Assembly (NCBI RefSeq): GCF_009834535.1
Contig: NC_045696.1
Location: forward strand, 75,642,001 to 75,706,000
Source of the DNA: Camelus ferus
Lineage: Eukaryota
Direction of reading: 5' to 3'
Length of the DNA stretch: 64,000 bases
Shown here: one piece after another, positions 51,270-62,125 of the stretch
Position numbering within the stretch: position 1 is the first letter of the stretch
How the letters are laid out: each line of letters begins with the position of its first letter
Made by a program: the position numbers and the translations under genes
The notes under the pieces: model-generated
Database searches by the model: none
Told to the model about the DNA's origin: nothing
What the model saw: only the letters and a program-made list of their open reading frames with translations

Positions 51270-52690
51270 ATCTCGAGAGTCCAGTATTTTCTCCATTATC
51301 ACCTCTGTGGATGGCTCTGTTAAATCATTGTATTTTCCCCTATTCCCACTCCCATGTCTATTTCTGGACCATCTTCTGTACATATTAGTTATCTTTGGGT
51401 CTCAGTTGCTTCTGATAAGAAGCAAATGTTTGGTTGAATTGTTGTTTTTCTGTATTCAATGTGTCATTTTTTTTCTGGCTGCTTTCAAGATTTTATTTTC
51501 TCTTTATCTTGGGTCTTTAGCACTATGACTAATGTACTTGGAGGCATTTGTTGGTGCCCACTCTATTTAAATCTTTATAAATTTGTCTTTCATCAAATCT
51601 GAGAAATTTTTGACTCTTGTATTTTCAAATATTTCATCTGAAAGTCCTGCTGGGACTCCAGTAATATGCATTTTATACCTTTGGGTATAAATTCTCACAG
51701 ACTCCTGAGACACTATTAACTTATTAATATCTTTCCCTTCTGCACTTCTTCAGATCAGATAATTTCTATTAGAGTATCTTTGAATTCAATGACTCTTTAA
51801 AAATTTTTATTCTGCTATTAAGCACGTTCATTGAATGTTTTATATTAGACACTGTGTTTCTGTTTTTATTTCAAGAAATTCCATTTCGTTTATTTTCAAA
51901 ATTTCTATTTCTCTGCTGAGATTTCCTATTTTTTCACACAATACAATCATAGTTTTCCCTTAGCTTATTGAGCATATTTAAAGCTGTTTAAAAATCCTTG
52001 CCTGGTAATTCCAACATCTGCATTATCTTGAGATTGGGCTCTGTAGATTGTTTTTCCTTTGAAAATGGGTCATATATTTCTACTTTTAATTTATCATGAG
52101 GTTTTGGAATGTACACTGGATATTGTGAATCATGTATAGTACAGACTTTAGATTCGGATATATTCCTATAAAGAGAACTCAAACTCAAACCCTGAACTCA
52201 TAGTTCAATTTTTGTTTGTTTGTTAGTTTATTTTTGTTTTTAGCCTTAAATGGGCTGCTTGGGAGCTGCCCTCTTGAATGTGTAGTTTGGGGGTGAGCCA
52301 GAGATTTGAGCAGAGTCATTTATAGAACTGGGGACTCTCCCACTCTCTCCTTTTTCTAGGATTCTCAGCTTCATTCTCCAGTTATGATGGTTGCCCCATA
52401 TTCTGTATTCTGGTTCCTCAATAACCTGGAGGAATTTTTCTGTGTTTTAGCCATTTTGCATGCCAGCTATGTCCTACTCTTAGGCTAAAAGCCTTTAAAA
52501 ATAAGAAACTTACCACATGCTATTTATTTTTTCTATATATTGACTGCCCTCTAGTATCTGGAAAAAATTGTTTTCTCTGCTGCCTTGGGCAATTTTTTTC
52601 TACAGACTGTCCAGAGTTTATAGTTGTCATTTACAAGAGCTTGGTCTAATATGAGCTACTCAGTCATTACCAAGAGTGGAAGGTTACCCA
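51270..52690 (-). mobile_element. Old L1 ORF1/5' region
   Basis: TTTTTTCTGGCTGCTTTCAAGATTTTATTTTCTCTTTATCTT and TCCTTGCCTGGTAATTCCAACATCTGCATTATCTTGAGATTGGGCTCTG; colinear with the similar block at 45400-46950. Confidence 0.8.
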
Positions 52691-53094
52691 TGGTTTTCTG
52701 AAAGAAATTCATATTTGTGTATGTCTGACTTTCCCTCATTTGCGACTAAGGTGCAAAGAAGCTATTTTACATGTGGAGTAACTGACCCGAGACTCCAGAT
52801 TTATGACCAGTCAAGGGGAAATACTCCTAGAGTGGCTGCACTTTCCCTCCTGCGGCTGAGTCCAGCTGCTGGAGGAGCGATTGCTCACCGCCACCCAGAG
52901 TGCTGCCAGAGACAGCTAGAGTGGGTCAGGATGTTGTTCTTAGAATTTTAGAGTAATTTAAAGCCCCTTGTGTCTGAAAATAGAGGTGGAATGGGGGTTC
53001 CATGGACACAGTTGGAACACCACTCTGTTTTCCGGGAGATGGATTCTTGACTAACTGTCACGAAGCAGGCAGAATGGTAGGTTCAGCCCATATC

Positions 53095-53263
53095 AACATA
53101 TTTCAGAGTGTGGCCATTGAGGAACTGCATCAAAATCATCTGGAGTGTTTGCTTTAAAAGAAAGATTTCTAGCTCACCCCAGACCTTCTTAATAATAAGC
53201 TTTGCAGACATCTGCATTCATATGCGAGTGATGCCTGCATTCATTAAAGTTGGAGAACCACTG
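53095..53263. mobile_element. MER5A-like hAT element
   Basis: CAGAGTGTGGCC...CTGCATCAAAATCATCTGGAGTG...TAAAGTTGGAGAACCACTG. Confidence 0.75.
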
Positions 53264-53271
53264 CTCTGTGT

Positions 53272-53440
53272 CAGTGGTTCTTAAGCCTGGCTGCACATTA
53301 GAGTCACCTGGGAAGCTTTTAAGTCTTCCAGATTCCCAGACATCCTCAGACGCTCTCTTAATTGGTATGGTTTGGGGCATTGGTATTTTTTAAAAGTTGC
53401 CTGAGTGATTCTAATGTGCTGTCGACTTTGAAAATCACTG
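53272..53440. mobile_element. MER5B-like hAT element
   Basis: CAGTGGTTCTTAAGCCTGGCTGCACATTAGAGTCACCTGGGAAGCTTTTAA...TTTGAAAATCACTG, with 8-bp flanks CTCTGTGT and CTCTTTGT. Confidence 0.85.
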
Positions 53441-54627
53441 CTCTTTGTGAATAGTAGTTGCTTTCTAGAGGGTCAAGAGAATGATTTCTAAGACTTTGAG
53501 GACAATGGGACATAAGATAACACCAACTAGTAACCCTTCCTGGACATGCAGACAGAAAATACACCTTTGAATATGGCACTAATTTCTGGATACTCTTGAC
53601 ACATATAAGGGGACCAAAAGATGCTGTGAGGTCATTCCACAGTGGTATTTCTGATTCGTAAATCCTAAGTCAAGACTAAACATGTTTCGTTACTACTGAA
53701 GTTTGTAGAACCCAATCTGTCAGCATCCCAGATAGAGACATACTATGCCCCATTTCTCAAACTGATTTAATTCTGTGATGCTTTTACTTATGCAACACTT
53801 AACATCTTGCACAAACAAACATGGGAAGTATTTGTTCTACGAAGCATTCATGTCAAACAAATATACTGGCTAATCAGACCCTGGAACACTATTATTTATA
53901 ACTGGCAAGTTTTTAATATTTGCATTTTTCATGCTGGAGGTTTAATTATTTTATTCACATAGCAGTCTCAGCATTAGTACTCTCCCTCACTTGAGGAAGA
54001 TGTTACCTGCATGTGCAAAGGGGGTTTTACACTATAGATGAGGAAGCTGCAAAATTATAGATTTCAGAGCTTCTATAGGATCTTCCCTCCTAGAGACAAA
54101 GGGAGAAAACTTTGCTCTCTAATGGAAACAAATTCTGTCTTGGAGGAGAGAGGGGAGATTCCCAGGTTTATAACAATAATCCTTTAAAGTGTAAACAAAT
54201 AGCTCCAGAGTTTATCACTCTATGAATTATAAATGTAAGAGTTCAGGAAAATAAATCTCTATATTTTTCCAATGGTTTTTATCTATTTTTCTAGAGAATT
54301 TCTGCTTAGTCATTCTTTAACTCAATGTTGCTGGCAGTCATTGCTCAGAAAGCCCTGAATGGGCAAAAACATTGAAAATATTCATATTTTCTTCACAATA
54401 CCATCTACTATCAACTTGGAACAACATGACCAACTCCAAATATGTTCCTGATTCAACAATATTTCTACTATCCATCCTAGCAAAGCACTCCCTTCATGGA
54501 ATGACTACCCGGAATAACTCCAGGACATGCAGACAGACTTACAAAGTAACTTGTTACATGAAAAACATAAGTAAAAATTAGATTCTAGAATAGAGTATCC
54601 CTTAGTATTTAGCACTTCATAAATATT

Positions 54628-54796
54628 TCTGTATATAATTTTTTATTGAAGTATATTCAGTTTACAATGTTGTGTCAATTTCTGGTGTACAGCATATGGT
54701 TCAGTGATACATGAACATACATATATTCATTGTCATATTCTTTTTCACCATCAGTTACTAGAAGATATTGAAATTAGTTCCCTGTGCTATACAGTA
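54628..54796 (-). mobile_element. Young L1 3' terminal fragment, same family as the one at 43431-43818
   Basis: TTTTTTATTGAAGTATATTCAGTTTACAATGTTGTGTCAATTTCTGGTGTACAGC...AGTTCCCTGTGCTATACAGTA is near-identical to 43456-43613. Confidence 0.9.
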
Positions 54797-54797
54797 C

Positions 54798-54964
54798 ATA
54801 TTTTTAAATATTTTATTTATTTATTATTGTATTATTTATTTCATTTTGGCAGGGGAGGGGAGTAATTAAGTTTTATTTATTTTTAAAGGAGGTTCGGGGG
54901 ATTGAACCCAGGACCTCATGCATGCTAAGCACGTGCTCTACCACTTGAGCTATACCCTCCCCTC
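54798..54964 (-). mobile_element. Full-length Vic-1-like SINE directly abutting the L1 fragment
   Basis: Minus strand GGGGAGGGTATAGCTCAAGTGGTAGAGCACGTGCTTAGCATGCATGAGGTCCTGGGTTCAATCCCC plus an A-rich tail. Confidence 0.92.
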
Positions 54965-55817
54965 AGTACTCCGTAAATGTTAACTATTACAACACAAACT
55001 ATGTCTAGTTTGTTCATTTTATCTGCGTATATGGTGATGTTGCTATTGTTGGCTTCCGTATTTGTAGCACTTTTTCCAGATAGTGTGGAATGAACTAAAA
55101 CCGAGGCGGAGTTTTGGAGGCTTGAAATGTAAACAGAAACCAGAAATGTGGATGGAAATTTACATATTGGGTATCAGGTCTAATTCACTGTGTAAGTATT
55201 GGATAGGTGGATGGTAGCAAAGGATGGAAGATGGGGTAGGGATCAACTAAGACAGACAGCAAGTCAGCAATAGATTTTTCCATGAAAAGAAATTAATAGG
55301 ATTTAAACAATTTGAACCATAAATCTCAAGTCAAGGGCCAAGAGTTAACCTGGGATGAAAGGGAATCAGTTATGACAGCGGCTGTCAGACGAGAGACTGT
55401 GTTGATAAACGCTGACAACTGAGAGCACTGCTATTTCTGCTGGCTCTTACTGTCCTAATAGTGCAGAAGACACGTTGGCGCCTAGCTTTTCTTACAGGCA
55501 TTTCAAGGATTTAGAACCTGCTGGAAAGATCATTTGGTAGAGAGATCCTCGACAATATTTTCTCCCATGAGGAGAAAAGCATTCGCATGCCTGTCTGCTT
55601 CCAGCTGACTAGTCCCCAGGGCACTTTGCCTGCTGTGATCCTGACTGTCCTCTCCACACCTATTCTGTAGCTGATAGCCTCCTTTGCTTTTATTTAAAAA
55701 CGTTTTACACCTTTCATTCTGTGAGTTCATTCTGGGATAAATGACCGCTTTATTGTAAGAGTTTATGTATGTAGGTATGTAGGCATGTATACATGTATTT
55801 ATTACTGTCTTAATTTT

Positions 55818-55964
55818 GGGGGGAGAGTATAGCTCAGTGGTAGCATGTGTGCCTAGCATGCATAAGGTCCTGGGTTCAATCCCCAGTACCTCCATTAAAG
55901 ATAAATAAATAAAAACCTAGCTTTACCTCCCACCAAAAAAAAAAAAAAAGAAGAAGAAAAAAAG
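55818..55964 (+). mobile_element. Vic-1-like tRNA-Ala SINE
   Basis: GGGGGGAGAGTATAGCTCAGTGGTAGCATGTGTGCCTAGCATGCATAAGGTCCTGGGTTCAATCCCCAGTACCTCCA plus poly(A). TSD ATTYATTACTGTYTTAATTTT at 55797-55817 and 55965-55985 (2 mismatches). Confidence 0.93.
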
Positions 55965-57671
55965 ATTCATTACTGTTTTAATTTTTAGTTTGCCTTTGAA
56001 CTTGATCAATTTGGGGGTCTTTCTCTTCCTTATGGTAAAGCACTCCTGTACTTTAAAGGCTTTTCTTCTCCTTGACAATCTCACTTGCTTTTATCGATAA
56101 GTCACACAAAGCTGATCCATTTATTTACTTATGTTTATTTATAGATGTCATTTTAATTCCCATTTTGTTATTTCTAATTCATGTGCCACAAAAATGCTAG
56201 GCCTCCAAATGGAGGCCTGGAAATGATCTCCAAATTTTCTGTGTATCTTTCACTTTTTATGTTACTTCCTTTTAGATAATGTAGCGCACCAATTTAAATT
56301 GCTGTTCAGTGGAATAATTTAATTTGTCCATTTTTCTCAAGTAAGAAAGTAGCTCACTATACACATAATAGGAATTTACTGACTTTACAAAACGAGTTTA
56401 CACTGCACTCGTATTCCATTTAATAGTTATTGTAAGCTATCTTTAAACTTCATATGTAAATAGTTAATGATATAAATTAAAGTTAAGAAATTACTTAAAA
56501 ATTGTACTCTGGGAAGTGGTAAGCAGAATGTTCATTAACTAAATTTAATTCTGAAAAGGGCCATAGCTGCCATGGAAGTGGCCAAAGGCATGGCCTGAAT
56601 ATTCCATATCTCTGTGATGCAGAAAGCCAGATGGCTATACACTGATAAAAAGCTGCAACAGAGCAGCTTAAAAATAGGGTTGAGAAAGGCCACTGACGTG
56701 GGCTGTGCATACTTCCACTGACCAGCCACAGGTGACCCAGCTAGTTCCCAAGTAGTGTTAAATTTAAATTGCAGACTGGTTAGCAACTGTATATGTAGGA
56801 ATACGTATGCTGTGTGTGTGTGCATGTGTGAGTTTGCCCGTAAGCATGTGTGCCTCTCAGGGGAAAAGAGCAGGGAAGAGATTATAGTACAGCTGGTCGA
56901 AGAAGTTGTATTTTCCATGACTGCTTTCATTTGAGAGATGGGCTTTCAAACATACCGTTCAATGAATCTGGCCTGGCAATTTGCTGGATACAATTTTTCC
57001 ATATCAGTTTAAACTCTGTGTCCCAAAACATTTGTGCTTGCATCCTCTGGCTCTAAATACGTCTCCTGTTTTCATACCTCCACCACAGCAGTTAGCCAAC
57101 TGATACTTCAGAAGAGCATTAGATGGCCAAATAAGTAGCACCATCTGCTGCAATTTAGAGGAATCCTCAGTGGTGCTGTGACAGCTGTCTTGTTTTGAGT
57201 CCTGAACACCAGAATTCATTTGTCAAAGAGGACACATATCCAGTGGTAGAATGGCCATATTCTATAACAGGAATGCTTTTTCTAGCAAGCAATACCCTAT
57301 TCTTATGGCGGCTAGACTTCTGGAAACCATTGTTTAATCTTCAAAATACTACCCCAAATGTGGATGCTGACAAAATAGTCCTTCTAGGCAATTAGATTTA
57401 AAGCCCGAAGTCTCAAGCCATGCTTTAATGTATGAAAAGTCATTACACCCTCCCTAAGTGCCTAATTACATTTACTTAATGTACAGTCTTTAATAAGCTT
57501 GATTATCTGGCTTGTGAGCATGGAGCATCATAGGAGCTGCAAGCTAGAATTAGATATGGTAGGGTTATAAGTGACTCAAACTCAATAATTACAAGTAGAG
57601 AATTCAGTGAATTTTAATAAAATATTAAAATGTAGACCATGATTATATACAGATTACAATGACATAGTCAT

Positions 57672-58040
57672 GTATTCATTCATTTAATAAATACCCATTT
57701 ACTATGACCCAGGCACTTTTCTAAATGCTAGCACACATAGAGAAGTTAGTAAGACAAGGTCTTGCACTTAAAGAGTTTGAATTCTGGTCAGATGGGCTAC
57801 TTCATGAATAATGCAAGGTAGGTTATACAAATACCATTGGAGGAACAGACAATTTAACATAAGAGCTCAGACTAGGCTAAGATTACTTCAAACACAGGAA
57901 AGATTCATGGGAGCTGTGGCATTTAAAATTGACTTTGAAAGAAAAAACGTGGTGTGTAATTTGAATATACTGATAGAGGAGCATGGCATTCCGTGTAAAT
58001 AAAAGAGTGTGAGAACACCTGAAAGCCCAAAGAACTATGG
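57672..58040 (-). mobile_element. L2 3' end
   Basis: TATTCATTCATTTAATAAATACCCATTTACTATGACCCAGGCACTTTTCTAAATGCTAG...AAGACAAGGTCTTGCACTTAAAGAGTTT. Confidence 0.8.
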
Positions 58041-58289
58041 GAAATAGGACCACCAGGGGACTGAAAGCTCTCCCAGACAGGCTGTACCTGTCCGTGGCTT
58101 CTGTGGGTACAGACGCCCAACAGTACTTTAAAAGGGTCACATAAGTAATTTTTGGTATACTTTTAGTTAATATTGAACCAAATTAGAAAAAAGTATTTTT
58201 TACAGGCAATAAGATGCACTGATTTAAAAATATAAGTCACCATGTTTGACAAACGTATAGAACACTTTCATTATTTCAAAAAGTGACTT

Positions 58290-61000
58290 CCACCTATTTG
58301 GGGAGTTTTCAGGTATCTTTCTTAAAATTTATAATCTATATCCACAATGGTCTGATTAAATAGTGTCAATTTGATTGTTTAAAAATTTATTGAGATTTGT
58401 TTGTAACCTTAGTAAAGTTTTGTGGACACTTGGAAAAAATGTGTATTTTGCTATTGTTGTTTAAAGTGTCCTATAAACGTGCATTAGGTCAGTGGGTGGG
58501 AAGTGCTGTTCAAATCATCTGTACCTGTGCTGATATGCTGCCTGCGTGTTTCACTGAGGAAAGAGTGTTGAAGAGCCACGTTGTAATTGTGCATGTCTAT
58601 TTCTCCTTTCAGCTGTTCAGTATTTGCTTATATGTGTGTGTGTGTGTGTGTGTGTGTATGCATGTGTGTGTATATATATATATACACACACACACACATA
58701 TATATATATATAAATTTTGGAGCTTTTCTGTTAGGTACATATACCATCTAGGATTTTTATTCTTCTTAATGAATTGGTCCCTTTATTGTTATTAAACATG
58801 TCTCCTTAAGAATGATCAAATTCCTTGCTCTGAGGTCTACTTTTCTAATATTTAATAGCCAATGCTGCTTTCTTATGATTAGTAAATTGTATTATTTATC
58901 ATTTTCCATCATTTTACTTTAAAAATATAGTTTCTATATTTTAAGTGCATTTCTTGTAAACAGAACATAGTTGAGTATTGCCTTTTTATCAGTCTAACAA
59001 TCTGCATTTTATTTGAAGTACATTGACTATTTGTATTTATTTTTTGATCTGGATGTGTTTACTATTAGCATCATTCTATTTGTTTCTTGTTTCATCTGCT
59101 CTTCATTTATTTTCTCCTTTTCTTTTTTTTCAGATTGAGTATTTTTAATTGTTTGGTTTTATGTCTATTCTTATAAGCTGTATCTGTTTTGCTGTTTAGT
59201 AGCTGAACTAAGATTTACAATATGCAGTTTTAATATATCATTGTCTTTCTTCAGATATTATTACAGCACTTCATGTATGATGCATGAATCTTATAATATA
59301 CTTCCATTTCACCCTCCTATTCTTTGTGCAATTGTTATCATATATTTTACTGCTGCATATCTTACAATTCATTATTATAAGTCTAATGTTATGGCCTCAA
59401 ATTGAAGGAATTTTTTAAATGAGAAAAAAATTTTTTCACACCTTTAACATTTCTCATACTCTTTATACCTTTTTGAAGAGCCAGCTTCCCATTCGAAGAA
59501 TTTTCTTTAATGTATCTTATAGTGCAGATCTGCTGACACCAAATTCTCTTAAGCATTGTTTGTATGAAAATGTTTTTAGTTTTATTTTTGCTGCATGTAG
59601 AATTCTGAGTGTTTTTAGTAATTTAAGGATTGTCTTTTTCCATTGTCTTCTCATTTACCTTTTTTTTTTTTTTTTTTTGGATGAAAAGTCAGGGATCATT
59701 CTTATCTTTGTACTCCAATATATATTGTGATTTCTTCCTCTGGCAGCTTTGAAGTTTTCTCTTTATCACTGTTTCCCAGCACATTCTTTGGTATGGTTTT
59801 CTCTCTGTTTATCTCGCTTAGTGTTCATCAAGCTTCTTGGATTTTCATCAGTTTGAAAACAATTTTAGCCATTATTTTTTTACACATTCTTTTGGTCCTC
59901 TTTTTCTTTTTTATCTGTACTTCAAATGCCATGCATCTTTGACACTTGATATCACTCTACAAATCACTGAGGCATTTTCTTTTCATTTCTTGTCTTTTTT
60001 TTTGTTTTATTTTTCTCTGCCTTTGCTTAAGTTTAGATGGTTTTTACTGTTATGTCTTTAAATTCACTGATCTATATACTTCAGTGTCAAATATAAATGT
60101 ACTATTAAGTGTACTTGGTTAATTTTTTCATCTTATATATACAATTTTAAAGTCCTTGTTTATTAATTCCTTTGTTTCTGTCATTTCTGTGTCTGTTTTT
60201 ATGTACAGATTTTTCTGTCTTCACATGTCTATTAATTTTGGATCAGCTGCTCGCCATTATGATGTCATGTATTATGTGAAAATAGATATATAGACAGATA
60301 GATAAAAATCCATATAAACGTATATGGATTTTGTTGTTTTCTTTTAAAACTTGTTGGCGTTTATTTTGGCAGGCAGATAAGTTAGTTGACAATCAACTTG
60401 ATCCTTTTAGGTTAGTTTTAATCTTTGTTCGGAAGGTTTTACAATATCCTTTCTTGCAGAACTAGTTTAGCATTACAGTTAAGGTCTGATCCTCTGCGGT
60501 ATCTAAGGAATACCCTGAGTTATGAATACCTCTCACCCCTATGTAAGTTCAGGAATTATGTAGCTGACGACCTCCCAGTAGTTGATAGTTTTTGGTTTAG
60601 CTGGTTCATTTTTGCTTGGGATGACAGAGCTTTACTTGATGCACGCACAGCTTGGTGTTTAGCGACAGACCCAAGTAGACCCCTGCACAGATTTTTGGAG
60701 TACTCTCTCTGCATAAATCACCTCTTCTAGTTCCCTGGCCAGAAAACTCTTCCTGCCTCAACTTTCTTACACTGGAATCTCTATTTCCTCAACCCAACAC
60801 TGCCTTGCTCTGCTTCATTCCATCCTCCCAGAACTGAGTTCTTGGAAGTACCTACAGAAGTAAAGCCAGGGAAGTTGTAGGAGTCACTCTCTGTGCTTCT
60901 TCTCTGACAAGAGCACCTTGTTTCCTAATATCCAGTGCTTGGCAATAGTCTCATATACTTTCATTAAATTTTCCCATTTTTTTAGTGAAAGGTGATTTTT
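58290..61000 (-). mobile_element. Old L1: 5' region, ORF1 and ORF2 endonuclease portion
   Basis: GGACACTTGGAAAAAATGTGTATTTTGCTATTGTT, ATTTCTTGTAAACAGAACATAGTTGAG and TTTTTGCTGCATGTAGAATTCTGAG (antisense of the ORF1 RILHAAK-like motif). Confidence 0.85.
58629..58712. repeat. Compound (TG)n(TA)n(CA)n(TA)n microsatellite
   Basis: About 80 bp of alternating purine-pyrimidine sequence. Confidence 0.95.
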
Positions 61001-61409
61001 TAAAAAAAATTCCAGTTAAGTGTAATATATATGGTGCCAATAAGAAAAGATACATACATTGCGTATTTGATTCAGAATTTTAAAAAATGATTTGGTTTTA
61101 AGAAATTACTAATACAGAGGGAGGGTGGGGAGGAAGGAGGGGAGACGGTTGTAGGGCTCGTGCTGGTGCCGGAACCTGGGCGGCCCGAGGGGCGCGGAGA
61201 CTCGCGGGAAGGGAGACGGCAGCAGCATGGCGGCTGGGCACGAGCCGCTCCACCGCCTCTTCCCGGCTGTCGCCGCCGCCGGAGTCGCTGGGGCCCTTTA
61301 GTCTGCGTGTTTTAGTGTAAGACCGCTGTCTACCCTTCAGTCCTCCGATCTACCCGTCCTGCTACCTCTCACCGCCACTGCCAGCTCGAGGGTCGGGCCG
61401 GCCGGGTAA

Positions 61410-61445
61410 CTCCCACCCCCCCCCCCCACCCCCCCCCCCCCCCCC
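61410..61445. repeat. Poly-C tract in the STYX retrocopy leader (G-quadruplex-prone on the minus strand)
   Basis: Two long C runs separated by single A residues. Confidence 0.85.
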
Positions 61446-61462
61446 AAGCTCGCGGCCGGACC

Positions 61463-62125
61463 GTGGAGGACGTGAGGCTGGAGTTGCCCGCGCTCCCACA
61501 GTGCAAAGAAGCCGCCGACGAGTGGACCTATACTGTGAGACGAGAGATGTAGGAAATTTTACCTGGACTGTTTTTAGGCCCATATTCTTCAGCTATGAAA
61601 AGCAAGCTACCTATAATAAAGAAATATGGAATAACTCATATAATATGTATAAGACAAAATATTGAAGCAAACTATTAAACCCAACTTTCAACAAGTATTT
61701 AGATATTTAGTCTTGGATATTGCAGATAATCCAGTTGAAAATATAATACTTTTTTTTCCCCATGACTAGAGAGTTTATTGATGGGAGCTTACAAAGTGGA
61801 GGAAAAGTTCTTGTCCATGGGAATGGAGGGATCTCCAGGAGTGCTGCCTTTATTATTGCATACATTATGGTAACGTTTGGAATGAAGTACAGAGATGCAT
61901 TTTGTTCAAGAAAGAAGATTTTGTATTAATCCTAGTGCTGGATTTGTCCTTCAACTTCAGGAATATGAAGCCATCTATTTAGAAAAATTAACAATACAGG
62001 TGATGTTGCCACTTCAGATAAAAAGGTCGTTATCTGTTCATTCTGGTACCACAGGCAGTTTGAAGAGAACACATGAAGAAGAGTATTTTGGAAACATACA
62101 AGTGGCGACTGCGCAGAATGGCTGA
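61463..62125 (+). pseudogene. STYX: Processed pseudogene of STYX (serine/threonine/tyrosine-interacting pseudophosphatase), former coding region
   Basis: Intronless translation VEDVRLELPALPQCKEAADEWTYTVRREM*EILPGLFLGPYSSAMKSKLP...YLVLDIADNPVENII...KVLVHGNGGISRSAAF...VQERRFCINPSAGFVLQLQEYEAIY...SLSVHSGTTGSLKRTHEEE...QVATAQNG* matches STYX end to end. Lesions: ATG>GTG at 61463, TAG at 61550-61552, frameshifts near 61673 (-2), 61760 (+1) and 61903 (-5), and one in-frame codon loss near the C-terminus. Confidence 0.97.

Noticed and set aside
52860..52905. CTCF site (minus strand ACTCTGGGTGGCGG), and a similar one near 57138-57151
   Set aside because: Both have mismatches at informative positions and cannot be told from chance without a PWM scan or ChIP data.
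61362..61583. Poly-Gly ORF on the minus strand
   Set aside because: Antisense reading of the poly-C tract and GC-rich leader of the retrocopy.
61895..62125. 76-aa ORF as a functional short STYX isoform
   Set aside because: Its ATG is in frame only because of a 5-bp deletion, and it lacks the phosphatase-fold core. It is a pseudogene remnant.
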